The position numbers and the translations under genes are program-made. From NCBI GenBank assembly GCA_947623925.1, contig CANQID010000004.1, forward strand, positions 8,405-72,404: a DNA stretch of 64,000 bases, read 5' to 3'. The notes below the pieces were generated by a model. That model saw only the letters and a list, made by a program, of their open reading frames with translations. It was not told the DNA's origin and ran no database searches. Below, piece by piece: positions 18,735 to 28,536 of this stretch. This stretch comes from an uncultured Bacilli bacterium. Lineage in GTDB: Bacteria; Bacillota_I; Bacilli_A; RF39; UBA660. Position 1 is the first letter of the stretch; every line of letters begins with the position of its first letter.

Positions 18735-21700
18735 CTAATCTAACTTCTTTAAATCATCTTTAATAATAGAATATAAATATATATTTACCTTTTTATTAGT
18801 TTTTAAAGTTATATAATTTTTATATCCAATCAACTGATTATTATATTTTTCATCATCAATATTTGATAATTTATAATCGATTATATCTATATAATCGTCA
18901 TATTCTATCATGAGATCAATTACACCTTTATATAATAAATCATCAATCATATATTCAAATTCATATTCTTTATATATTTTAGAATTTTTAATATTTTTAA
19001 ATATATCATTATTTAAAAATTTTTGTATTCTATTTCTATCTTTAGTTTCCAATAAAGAATAATCAGGATTTTTTAAATCAATCATTTCAAATAATTTATG
19101 TACTTTTTTACCATAAGACATATTATCATATTCTTCATTTGTAATTAAATCTTTAACTTGTTTAGAAAAATTATTTTTTTCTAATTTATATGAATCAATT
19201 TTAATTGACTTAGTATTTATAACATTATCAAATTCACTTTTCAATGAAATATTTTTTGATTTATAAAATTTATAATCTTTAGTAATTACAATATTATTAA
19301 AATCTATTTTTTTAATATATTTATCAAGTTGTATTGAATTAAGCATATCATAAAATGACCTATATTTTAATTTTACATTATCATTTACTTCTAACGAATT
19401 ATCTAAATCAGGAGAAATTATAATTATCTTTTCTCTTGCTCTTGTAAGCGCAACATAAAATAGTCTAATTTGTTCTGAAATTTCTTCTTTTATATATTCA
19501 TGTTTAACCATATATTTATATATAGTTTCTCCAATACCATCTTTGTAATAAGGAACAATTATACCATATTTATTATCAAACAAAAATTTTTCGTTTAAAT
19601 CACTTATATTAAATTTTTTATATATCATAGAATAATAACATATAGGAAATTCTAGTCCTTTAGATTTATGAATAGTCATTATTTTTACACTATTTGTATC
19701 ATCTATATTAGTTTTATATTTTATATCAAATTTATAATCTTTCAAATTGTTTAAAAAATCTATAAAGTCATATACATTCATTCCTATATTTGATGTAGAT
19801 TCTGCTAAATCATATATATAGTTTATAATTGCTAAAAAGGAATTAATGTTACCTATTTTTTCCATTTTTTCATAAAATTCGAAATATGTTACAATTTTAT
19901 CTATTAAAATAGTAGGAGTTATATCATCTATGTCTAATAAATTATTTATTTTATTTAATAAAACACTATCATTAAAATTATTATTTATTTGTTTAAATAT
20001 ATTTTCATCGGTTTCTTCAATTAAAAAACTTCTTGATACACTCATAAATAAATATTTAAATTCATTATCAAATTCTTTATTTTTAACTTTCAATATTAAA
20101 TTTAATATATTTCTAATAATAGTTATAAGTACATTTTTAGTAACAACCTCATCTTTTATTAATGTAAGTGGTATTCCCATATATTCAAATATTTTTTTAT
20201 ATAGTTCAAAATTAGTTGCTCTATCAATTAAAATTACAAAATCATTATACTGGGCATCTCTTAGTTTAAAATCTGATTTATCTGTTACTTTATAATGATT
20301 TTTTATTTTATTTTTTATATCATTCGCTATAAAAAATATTTCTTTTTCTTCTTGTGTGAATTGTTTATCATCTTTATCGTATGTAAATATATCTAAATTA
20401 GTATCAACATCTAAACTTAAATATGATTCGTTTCCAAAAGAAAGAGCATGTCCATTATTATAATCTGCGCCACCTATATTATCATTCATTATTTGTTCGA
20501 ATATTTCATTTATATTATCGAGTACTTGTTTTCTTGAACGAAAGTTTTTGTTAAGATCTATTTTTACCCCATTTATATTTTGTTTATATGAATCATATTT
20601 TGATTTAAACAAATAAGGATTTGCATTTCTAAACTTATATATTGATTGTTTAATATCACCTACCATGTACACATTATTATTTGAAATTAAACTAATAAAA
20701 TTTTCTTGTAAATCATTAGTATCTTGGTATTCATCTATTAATATTTCTTTAAATGAAGATTTTATTTCTTCTCTTACATCATCAAATTCATTTACTATAT
20801 TACAAGCCATTATTGCGATATCATTAAATTCATATGAAGAAATACTTTTCTTATATTCTTTTATTTGTTCATCTAATAAGGTAATTATTTTTATAATTAT
20901 TTCTATATTTTCTTTTGTTAAATTTATACTTTCTTTTATACAATTTATATTTTCATATATACATATATCTTTTAATTCTTTTAGTATATTTGAAATATTT
21001 TCTTTGCATGTTTTTAAATCTTCACTACTATTTTTTGGTAAACTAGGTAACTTTACATTAATCATTGACACAAGCATATCATAATCTTTACAATTTATTA
21101 TTGGATTTAACAAATTATATAATTCTTCATAATATTTATTGTAATCCATAAATGAAATATTGTTTAATTCTTCTGATATTAAGGTAAGTTTTTCGTAAAT
21201 TATATTTAAAAAATTATTTATATCTTCTTCTATTACTTTTTCATTAAATTTATTTAAAATATAATCATTTAAATAACTAATTTTATTTATTTTTAAATTA
21301 AGTTTACTATTTATATCAAGTATTGCATCTTTTATTTCTTTATCATCTTTTAAACAAAAATTATTTATTAAATTTATAAAGTTTTTATCTTTTTGTTTAT
21401 ATAAATCATCAAATATTTTATCTATTATTTCATATTCTTTAATTCTTATTATATTAGAATCAACAATTGAAATTTTTTTATCTATATTAAGTAGATAGTG
21501 ATATTTCTTTACTATTGATAGTGCATAACTATCAAATGTTGTTATGTAACAAGAATCTATTTTTTCTAAATTTTTTTTATCATTTATTTTTATTAATGCT
21601 TCTTTTATTTTATCTTTCATTTGTCTTGCTGCCATATTAGTAAAAGTTAAAATAAGTAATTCATCAATACTAGTTTTTTCACTTAACTTTTTTATTACCC

Positions 21701-21806
21701 TTTGTGTAAGTACAGCAGTTTTCCCACTTCCTGCTCCTGCACTTACAATTATATTTGTTCCACTTGTGTTTATCGCACTCAATTGTTCCTTAGTCCAATT
21801 AGGCAT
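18735..21806 (-). CDS. addA: helicase-nuclease AddA (compact)
   Basis: 1023 aa. UvrD-type Walker A VSAGAGSGKT, DEYQD-like motif IDEYQDTN, and a C-terminal RecB nuclease motif GVIDLMIEYDD..IIDYK. Confidence 0.8.
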   Translation of the reverse strand: MPNWTKEQLSAINTSGTNIIVSAGAGSGKTAVLTQRVIKKLSEKTSIDELLILTFTNMAARQMKDKIKEALIKINDKKNLEKIDSCYITTFDSYALSIVKKYHYLLNIDKKISIVDSNIIRIKEYEIIDKIFDDLYKQKDKNFINLINNFCLKDDKEIKDAILDINSKLNLKINKISYLNDYILNKFNEKVIEEDINNFLNIIYEKLTLISEELNNISFMDYNKYYEELYNLLNPIINCKDYDMLVSMINVKLPSLPKNSSEDLKTCKENISNILKELKDICIYENINCIKESINLTKENIEIIIKIITLLDEQIKEYKKSISSYEFNDIAIMACNIVNEFDDVREEIKSSFKEILIDEYQDTNDLQENFISLISNNNVYMVGDIKQSIYKFRNANPYLFKSKYDSYKQNINGVKIDLNKNFRSRKQVLDNINEIFEQIMNDNIGGADYNNGHALSFGNESYLSLDVDTNLDIFTYDKDDKQFTQEEKEIFFIANDIKNKIKNHYKVTDKSDFKLRDAQYNDFVILIDRATNFELYKKIFEYMGIPLTLIKDEVVTKNVLITIIRNILNLILKVKNKEFDNEFKYLFMSVSRSFLIEETDENIFKQINNNFNDSVLLNKINNLLDIDDITPTILIDKIVTYFEFYEKMEKIGNINSFLAIINYIYDLAESTSNIGMNVYDFIDFLNNLKDYKFDIKYKTNIDDTNSVKIMTIHKSKGLEFPICYYSMIYKKFNISDLNEKFLFDNKYGIIVPYYKDGIGETIYKYMVKHEYIKEEISEQIRLFYVALTRAREKIIIISPDLDNSLEVNDNVKLKYRSFYDMLNSIQLDKYIKKIDFNNIVITKDYKFYKSKNISLKSEFDNVINTKSIKIDSYKLEKNNFSKQVKDLITNEEYDNMSYGKKVHKLFEMIDLKNPDYSLLETKDRNRIQKFLNNDIFKNIKNSKIYKEYEFEYMIDDLLYKGVIDLMIEYDDYIDIIDYKLSNIDDEKYNNQLIGYKNYITLKTNKKVNIYLYSIIKDDLKKLD

Positions 21807-21818
21807 AATATCACCTCC

Positions 21819-24104
21819 TTAATCTTCTTTTAAATAAATATAATCTTCTTCTTTTTTATAACATATATCACTATATATACAATTATCACAAGAACAATAT
21901 TTATCTATTCTTTTAGGATTTATTTTAAAATTTCCATCTAATATATTATCTATTGCATTATTTATTTTATCATCTACTAAATCAAACATATTTTTTATAT
22001 TTTCTTCATTTAAAAGTTTAGTATATGCATAAAATCCATTTCTTCCTTTTTTCATTCCTTTTATTAATAAACTATCTTCATAAGTTGAATCTATTTTTTT
22101 TATTAAGTCTTCTTTATCTATGGAATAACCTATTAGTTTATAATTACTATTTATATCTTCTTTATCTTTTATGTTTGGCAATTTATGAAGTAATTTTTGA
22201 TAATATAACCCTATAACTTCTACATTGTTATACTCTTTTTGTATTAAGTATAAATATATAGGTAATTGCATATCAATTCCATATTTAATGTTATTTAAAC
22301 TTGTATTAGGATTACCTGTTTTATAATCGATTACTACAGCATACATTTTTTCATTTTCTTTTTTATATAATATTTTATCTACAATACCCATAAATGTAAT
22401 TTTAACTTGTTTTGATTTGTCAATGTATATTTTCTTTTCATATAATTCATCATTTAATGAAGTATATTTTTTTTGATTTTTTATAATTTCTATTATTTCT
22501 TTTAAATTAATTGTTAGTTTTTTTAAGAAAAACTTTTCTTTAGGCGAAAATTGTTTATTTAAACTATTTATATATAGATCTACACTTTTTTCAAAATTAA
22601 AATTTGGTTTAAACGATACTGAAAGTATATAATGATATAAATTTCCTATTGTTAAATGAAATAAGTCATCGTTTATATTTAATTTTAATAAGTCATTTAA
22701 ATAATATTTAAAATTACAATTATAGTAATTATTTAAACTTGTATATGATAAAGTTAGATTATTATTTAAAGAGTTTAATAAATCATTTTTATTTATACCT
22801 TTAAACTGATTATTATAAGATAAGTATTTTACTTTATATTTATTATTAAGACTTAATAAATTTTTATTTACATGGCCATATTTTGTATATAAATCTAAGT
22901 ATTTTAATAAATTTAGTTTATTTATTTTATCTGAATATAAAGATATAAAATCATCTATTTTTTTTATTTCTATATTTAGTTCATCTACTATAGATGATTT
23001 AAAGTATTCATCTGTAATTGAAGTTAAAGAATAACTTAGCGTTAGATGCTCAGTTGTTTTTAATTCATAAATTGTTTGTATTTTATTTATTTCATTTAGT
23101 TCGTATGAAGTATCAAAACCAAGTTGTTTTTTTAAATTATCACTTAAGTAATCATCATCTTTAAGTACTAAAGGGAAATTATTATTAAAACCAATTAAAA
23201 AATTATATTCTTTTTTTTCGTTTATTGAAATAGCATTCATATATTTTTCTATGGTTATTTTAGTATTTTTTAATTCATTTTCTATTAATTCATATAAATA
23301 TTCATCAACACACCATACATATTTATTACAAATATCTACAAATTGATTATATAAACTACTATCATTAATACTAGATAAAGATTCTTTAATATTATTTGTT
23401 TCTTTTAATTTGTTTAAAAAGTTTGAACATGTTTTTGTTCCAAATAAATAATTATTACTATATAAATTAATTGGTATATTATACATTTCTGAAACAAATC
23501 TTATTGTATTTATATACTCATCATTTACATTTAAAATAGATATTTTGTTTATGTCTATTTCTTTATCAATTAAAAATGATATTTGTTCAAAAACATATAT
23601 TATTTCATTCAACATACTATCAAATTCGTAACACTTTTTTATATCATAAAAGTCTTGTTTTTTTATTTCTATATTTGTTATTTTTTTTATATCGTTTATA
23701 ATTTTTGTTTGAAATGAATTAAATTTATCATATCCTAAAATTATAACTTTTTTAGATTTTAAAAATGATTTATATAAATTGTTTTTAATAAGTAATTGTT
23801 CTTCTTCTAATTTTCTTTTTATTTCAACAAGTTTATTTAATTTTTCACTATTATATGTTTCATCATTAATAAGATATAAATTATCTAAATATGTTTTTGA
23901 AAGATTATAATTTACTTTATAATTTTTCATAATGTAATGTATTGTTTTTTCATCATATGCAAAGTATAGATTATTTTTTACTTCTTCAAATGTTGTTACT
24001 TTTGTATTATTTAAACTTTTTTTATTTATTTCTTTAATAGTTTTATTTTTTATATTTTGAGGTACTATTAACAAAACATCTAACAATGAATCCATATTAG
24101 TCAC
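21819..24104 (-). CDS. addB: helicase-nuclease AddB (compact, no N-terminal Walker A)
   Basis: 761 aa. C-terminal PD-(D/E)xK motif VIDYKTG and an Fe-S Cys cluster CSCDNC...C. It lies immediately upstream of addA. Confidence 0.7.
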   Translation of the reverse strand: MTNMDSLLDVLLIVPQNIKNKTIKEINKKSLNNTKVTTFEEVKNNLYFAYDEKTIHYIMKNYKVNYNLSKTYLDNLYLINDETYNSEKLNKLVEIKRKLEEEQLLIKNNLYKSFLKSKKVIILGYDKFNSFQTKIINDIKKITNIEIKKQDFYDIKKCYEFDSMLNEIIYVFEQISFLIDKEIDINKISILNVNDEYINTIRFVSEMYNIPINLYSNNYLFGTKTCSNFLNKLKETNNIKESLSSINDSSLYNQFVDICNKYVWCVDEYLYELIENELKNTKITIEKYMNAISINEKKEYNFLIGFNNNFPLVLKDDDYLSDNLKKQLGFDTSYELNEINKIQTIYELKTTEHLTLSYSLTSITDEYFKSSIVDELNIEIKKIDDFISLYSDKINKLNLLKYLDLYTKYGHVNKNLLSLNNKYKVKYLSYNNQFKGINKNDLLNSLNNNLTLSYTSLNNYYNCNFKYYLNDLLKLNINDDLFHLTIGNLYHYILSVSFKPNFNFEKSVDLYINSLNKQFSPKEKFFLKKLTINLKEIIEIIKNQKKYTSLNDELYEKKIYIDKSKQVKITFMGIVDKILYKKENEKMYAVVIDYKTGNPNTSLNNIKYGIDMQLPIYLYLIQKEYNNVEVIGLYYQKLLHKLPNIKDKEDINSNYKLIGYSIDKEDLIKKIDSTYEDSLLIKGMKKGRNGFYAYTKLLNEENIKNMFDLVDDKINNAIDNILDGNFKINPKRIDKYCSCDNCIYSDICYKKEEDYIYLKED

Positions 24105-24257
24105 TTCCTACATTAATTATATCATCTATTAATACATTAAATAAAATTAAAAATAAATAATTTTTAAAAAAAGAGCAAAAATTATATTTGCATAATAAAA
24201 TGCACAATATTTTTAGATTATTGTACATTTCTATTTTTTAATATTCTCTTTACATAA

Positions 24258-25244
24258 TTAATCTATTTTGCTTAAAGCATCTTCTACTATATCCATTCTT
24301 CCTCTATCACTTAATACTTGTATTAAATCAAATCCGGGTCTTCTATTTCCTTCTATTATAACAGGTCCTTCTTCTGATATTGCAACATCCCAACCTACCA
24401 ATTTTATTTTATCATTTTCTAAACAAGCCTTTTTAACTAATTCTTTTGCTTCTTCAAAATAAGGTATTTTAAAACCAATAAATTTAAGTCCTGATTTAGG
24501 ATGTTTTTCAAATTCATTTAAATCTTTATCTATTGCATTACTGTATATTTTTCCTGTTTTTAAATCTATTGAGCATCCCATTCCTCCTGCATGAAAATTA
24601 TCAACAGGATTTATACCATTTCCTACTCTAAGACCAGCCCATATTATAAGTGGAGTTCCATGGTCATTAAATGTCATTATTCTTATTGTATTTATACTTT
24701 CCTTACATAATTTAGACATTGCTTTATGTTGAATAACTAATTGTTCTACAAAGCAATTATTTTGTTTTAGATAATTATAATATTCTTCTATATCTTTAAT
24801 TGTATTTTTATATACTTTTTTTACTCCGCCTCCACCTAGTCCATTTGCAGGTTTTTCTATAAAGCATTCATTCGAAGATAAAAACTTTTCTAATTTTTTT
24901 AAACTATCTTCTTTTGGATAAACAAAATCTCTTTTAGTATATTTTTTAAATTCTTTTAAAAATATAGGTTTTATAGCGTAAGTATTTTTATAAGCGGAAG
25001 GGCTTACTTTTTCATAAAATTTATCTTGTAATTTTATACCTACATATCGTTTTCTTTCTTCTTTATTTCTTATATAAAATTTATAATTTAAATAATCACT
25101 TAAACCAACACCGTATTTAATTACACTTCTAACTGTATCAAATTTTAAATATGTATAACTTATATTTTCTTCTTGTGAAATTTTTTTTAAATTATTAAAA
25201 TATCTTTTATAATTTCCATGTAAAGCATAACTTATAAAACTCAT
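24258..25244 (-). CDS. ATP-grasp domain protein (sugar-transfer-associated / TupA-like)
   Basis: 328 aa. A glycine-rich loop NGLGGGGV and family-level resemblance to TupA-like ATP-grasp proteins. Confidence 0.45.
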   Translation of the reverse strand: MSFISYALHGNYKRYFNNLKKISQEENISYTYLKFDTVRSVIKYGVGLSDYLNYKFYIRNKEERKRYVGIKLQDKFYEKVSPSAYKNTYAIKPIFLKEFKKYTKRDFVYPKEDSLKKLEKFLSSNECFIEKPANGLGGGGVKKVYKNTIKDIEEYYNYLKQNNCFVEQLVIQHKAMSKLCKESINTIRIMTFNDHGTPLIIWAGLRVGNGINPVDNFHAGGMGCSIDLKTGKIYSNAIDKDLNEFEKHPKSGLKFIGFKIPYFEEAKELVKKACLENDKIKLVGWDVAISEEGPVIIEGNRRPGFDLIQVLSDRGRMDIVEDALSKID

Positions 25245-25408
25245 AATACCACCAATTTAATTATAGCAAATCGATAATTCCTTTTCAATAAAAGAAGTAA
25301 ATAATTATTAAATTACTTGTAGTGTTACAATTGATGTGAAACATTTCTATATAAAAAAGTAATTCAAGTTGTATAATTGAATTAAGGAAAACAATAATAC
25401 GAAAGGAC

Positions 25409-25678
25409 TTGAATTACATGAATAGTATATCACAAAATGTAATATATTTACCACATGATTTAAACACAAAATTTTTTGCTGTTAAAGCATATATAAATGG
25501 TAACCTCATATCTTTTGTTTGTAGAAGATATAAATGCTTTAAAGCCTCTCTTATGAGATGGAATAAAAAATTTGATGGAACCAGAGAGTATTTAATTGAC
25601 AAATCCCATAAACCTTTTTCTCCTCACCTTTTATTTCTTTTATATCTTTATGTAATAAATCATCTATATTTAAATTAA
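25409..25678 (+). pseudogene. truncated transposase N-terminal fragment (IS481/IS3-like HTH)
   Basis: The segment ..ASLMRWNKKFDGTREYLIDKSHKPFSPH matches the rW..Y...G...L.D.SrrPh.SP motif of IS481/IS3-type transposase N-termini. No catalytic domain follows. Confidence 0.35.
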
Positions 25679-25844
25679 ATTTATCACATAAAAGAATAAT
25701 TTTATCCATCTCTGGATGAGATGCAGATGATTCCCATTTAGAAATTGCTTGTATTGATACACCTAGTTCTTCTGCTAACTATTCTTGTGAAAAATTATTT
25801 TCCTTTCTTATTTTTTTTAAATTTTCTGAAAAATTATTATCCAT
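25551..25844 (-). pseudogene. XRE-family HTH regulator interrupted by an in-frame TAG
   Basis: ATG at 25844 with an AGGAGA RBS. The translation is MDNNFSENLKKIRKENNFSQE-TAG-LAEELGVSIQAISKWESSASHP... The TAG at 25779-25781 sits where the conserved Glu of SQEELAE is expected. TAG is used as a normal stop elsewhere in the window. Confidence 0.5.
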
Positions 25845-26070
25845 ACATTTTCTCCTTTCTAATATCATTTTAAATTTTCTAGTGGTTGCATACTACCACT
25901 TTTAAGTTATTTTATGTAAAAAGTTAGTTGCTTTTTATTATAACATAAAAAGTAAACCTTTTTTTAATTTACTTTAAATTACAATTATAAAATAAACTCC
26001 ACTTAATGTGGAGTTTATCAAGCGTGAATAATTTATATTCACATTATTATGTTTTACAAATTAATTTTTT

Positions 26071-28449
26071 TTATTCATTAATTTTATTAATTTCTTCTTC
26101 CCATTTCCAATTTCTTATTTCTTCCATATCTATTCCATATTCTCTTATATATTCTTTATGTTCAATAAGTTTATTTTTACACCATTCATTTAATACTGCA
26201 CTTCTATTACCTAAATTTAAGTATTTTAATGCATCCATTACTAAATTATATCTATCAAGTTTATTTAATACTCTCATATCAAAAGGAGTTGTAATTGTTC
26301 CTTCTTCTTGATATCCATGAACGTGCAAATTCTGATTCGTTCTTTTATAAGTTAATTGATGTATAAGAGGTGCATAACCATGGAAAGCAAAAATTATAGG
26401 TTTATTTTTTGTAAATATTGAGTCATATTCTTCTTCTGATAATCCATGTGGGTGATTTGAATTAGATTCTAGTTTCATTAAATCTACCACATTTACAAAT
26501 CTTATTTTTAATTCTTTAAAATTTTGTCTTAAAATAGCTGTTGCTGCTAAAGCCTCTAAAGTTGGTGTATCTCCACATGAAGCCATAATTAAATCTGGTT
26601 CACTTCCTGCATCATTACTTGCAAAATCCCAAATTCCAATGCCTTTTGTACAATGTTTAATTGCCTCATCCATACTTAACCATTGAGGTCTTGGATGTTT
26701 TGAGGCTATAATAACATTTATATAATTTTTAGTTTTAATGCAATGGTCAAAACAAGATAATAAACAGTTTGCATCTGGTGGCAGATACATCCTAACTATG
26801 TCTGCTTTTTTAGTAACTAAATGATTTAAAAATCCTGGGTCTTGATGTGTATATCCATTATGGTCTTGTTGCCAAATATGTGAAGATAAAACATAATTTA
26901 AAGATGATATTTCTTCTCTCCAAGGTATTTCTTTAGACACTTTTAACCATTTTGCATGTTGATTTACCATGCTATCTACTACTCTTATAAAAGCTTCATA
27001 ACTATGGAAAAAGCCATGTCTTCCTGTTAATAAATATCCTTCTAGCCAACCTTGACATAAGTTTTCGGATAACATCGAATCCATTACTCTACCATCATTT
27101 GACAAAAATTCATCTGTTTTTAATTTTCTATCCATCCATACTCTATTGGTTTTTTCAAACATAGCATTTAATCTATTGGATAATGCTTCGTCTGGTCCAA
27201 AAACTCTGAAGTTATTTTTATCTTTGTTAAAATCAATTAAATCCCTTACATATTTACCAAGTTCTATCATATCTTGTGCTTCTACTCTTCCTGGATATGG
27301 AACATCTACTTTATAATCTCTAAAGTCTGGATATCTTAATTCTTTTAATAATTTTCCTCCATTTGCATTAGGATTAGAGCCCATTCTTTTATCACCTTTA
27401 GGCGCTAAAGAAAGCAAATCTTTAACCAATTTACCACTAGAATCAAATAATTCTTCTGGTTTATAACTTTTCAACCAATTTTCTAATAGTTTAACATCGC
27501 CATCGTCTTTTATCATTATAGGTACTTGATGTGATCTAAAACTATTTTCTATCATTTTTCCATCTACAGTTTTAGGGCCTGTCCAACCTTTTGGTGTTTT
27601 TAAAACTATCATTGGCCAAATAGGTCTTATTTTACCTTTACTTCTTTGTGCAGTTGCTTTTATTTTATTAATATCATTTATTACTTTATCTAAAGCATTT
27701 ATCATATTTGCGTGCACTTCATAATTAGTTTTTCCTTCTACAATATATGCTTTCCAACCACAGCCTTTGAAAAAACTATTTATTTCTTCATCTGACATAC
27801 GAGCAAAAACTGTTGGATTGGCTATTTTATATCCATTTAAGTGTAATATTGGTAATACAACACCATCTGTAAGTGGATTTAAAAACTTATTTGAATGCCA
27901 AGAAGTCGCTAAACAAGCGGTTTCTGCTTCTCCATCTCCAACTACACAGGCAGCAATTAATGTTGGATTATCAAAAACTGCTCCAAAGGCATGCGCTAAA
28001 CTATAACCAAGTTCTCCTCCCTCACTTATAGAGCCTGGTGTTTCAGGCGCTACATGACTAGGTATTCCTCCTGGAAAACTAAATTGTTTAAATAGTTTTT
28101 TCATTCCCTCTTCATCTTGTGTTATGTTAGGATATATTTCACTATATGTTCCTTCCAAATATGTATTTGCAACTAAGGCATTTCCTCCATGACCTGGTCC
28201 AGCTATGTATATCATGTTTAAATCATATTGTTTAATTATTCTATTTAGATGTGTATAAATAAAATTTTGGCCTGGTACAGTTCCCCAATGTCCAACTACT
28301 ACCTTTTTTATATCATCTCTTGTTAAAGGTCGTTTTAAAAGTGGATTATCTAAAAGATATAGTTGTCCAACTGATAAATAATTAGCAGCTCTAAAGTATG
28401 CATCTAACTTTTCTATCATATTTTTATCATAAGATTTTTTAGTTTTCAT
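26071..28449 (-). CDS. xfp: xylulose-5-phosphate/fructose-6-phosphate phosphoketolase
   Basis: 792 aa. Hallmark N-terminus ..[19 protein letters not shown].. and the motif GHWGTVPG. Confidence 0.9.
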   Translation of the reverse strand: MKTKKSYDKNMIEKLDAYFRAANYLSVGQLYLLDNPLLKRPLTRDDIKKVVVGHWGTVPGQNFIYTHLNRIIKQYDLNMIYIAGPGHGGNALVANTYLEGTYSEIYPNITQDEEGMKKLFKQFSFPGGIPSHVAPETPGSISEGGELGYSLAHAFGAVFDNPTLIAACVVGDGEAETACLATSWHSNKFLNPLTDGVVLPILHLNGYKIANPTVFARMSDEEINSFFKGCGWKAYIVEGKTNYEVHANMINALDKVINDINKIKATAQRSKGKIRPIWPMIVLKTPKGWTGPKTVDGKMIENSFRSHQVPIMIKDDGDVKLLENWLKSYKPEELFDSSGKLVKDLLSLAPKGDKRMGSNPNANGGKLLKELRYPDFRDYKVDVPYPGRVEAQDMIELGKYVRDLIDFNKDKNNFRVFGPDEALSNRLNAMFEKTNRVWMDRKLKTDEFLSNDGRVMDSMLSENLCQGWLEGYLLTGRHGFFHSYEAFIRVVDSMVNQHAKWLKVSKEIPWREEISSLNYVLSSHIWQQDHNGYTHQDPGFLNHLVTKKADIVRMYLPPDANCLLSCFDHCIKTKNYINVIIASKHPRPQWLSMDEAIKHCTKGIGIWDFASNDAGSEPDLIMASCGDTPTLEALAATAILRQNFKELKIRFVNVVDLMKLESNSNHPHGLSEEEYDSIFTKNKPIIFAFHGYAPLIHQLTYKRTNQNLHVHGYQEEGTITTPFDMRVLNKLDRYNLVMDALKYLNLGNRSAVLNEWCKNKLIEHKEYIREYGIDMEEIRNWKWEEEINKINE

Positions 28450-28536
28450 ATTTCACCTCTTTTCTTATTATATAATAAATTATTTATTTCTTACACAAAA
28501 AGAAAAAAAGTATTTTAAAATTGTACACTTTTTTAC

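Noticed and set aside
25779-25781. In-frame TAG in the XRE gene considered as evidence of stop-codon reassignment or pyrrolysine
   Set aside because: TAG is used as a genuine stop for other ORFs in the window (for example 14058..15845). No Pyl machinery is seen, so a nonsense mutation or sequencing error is more parsimonious.
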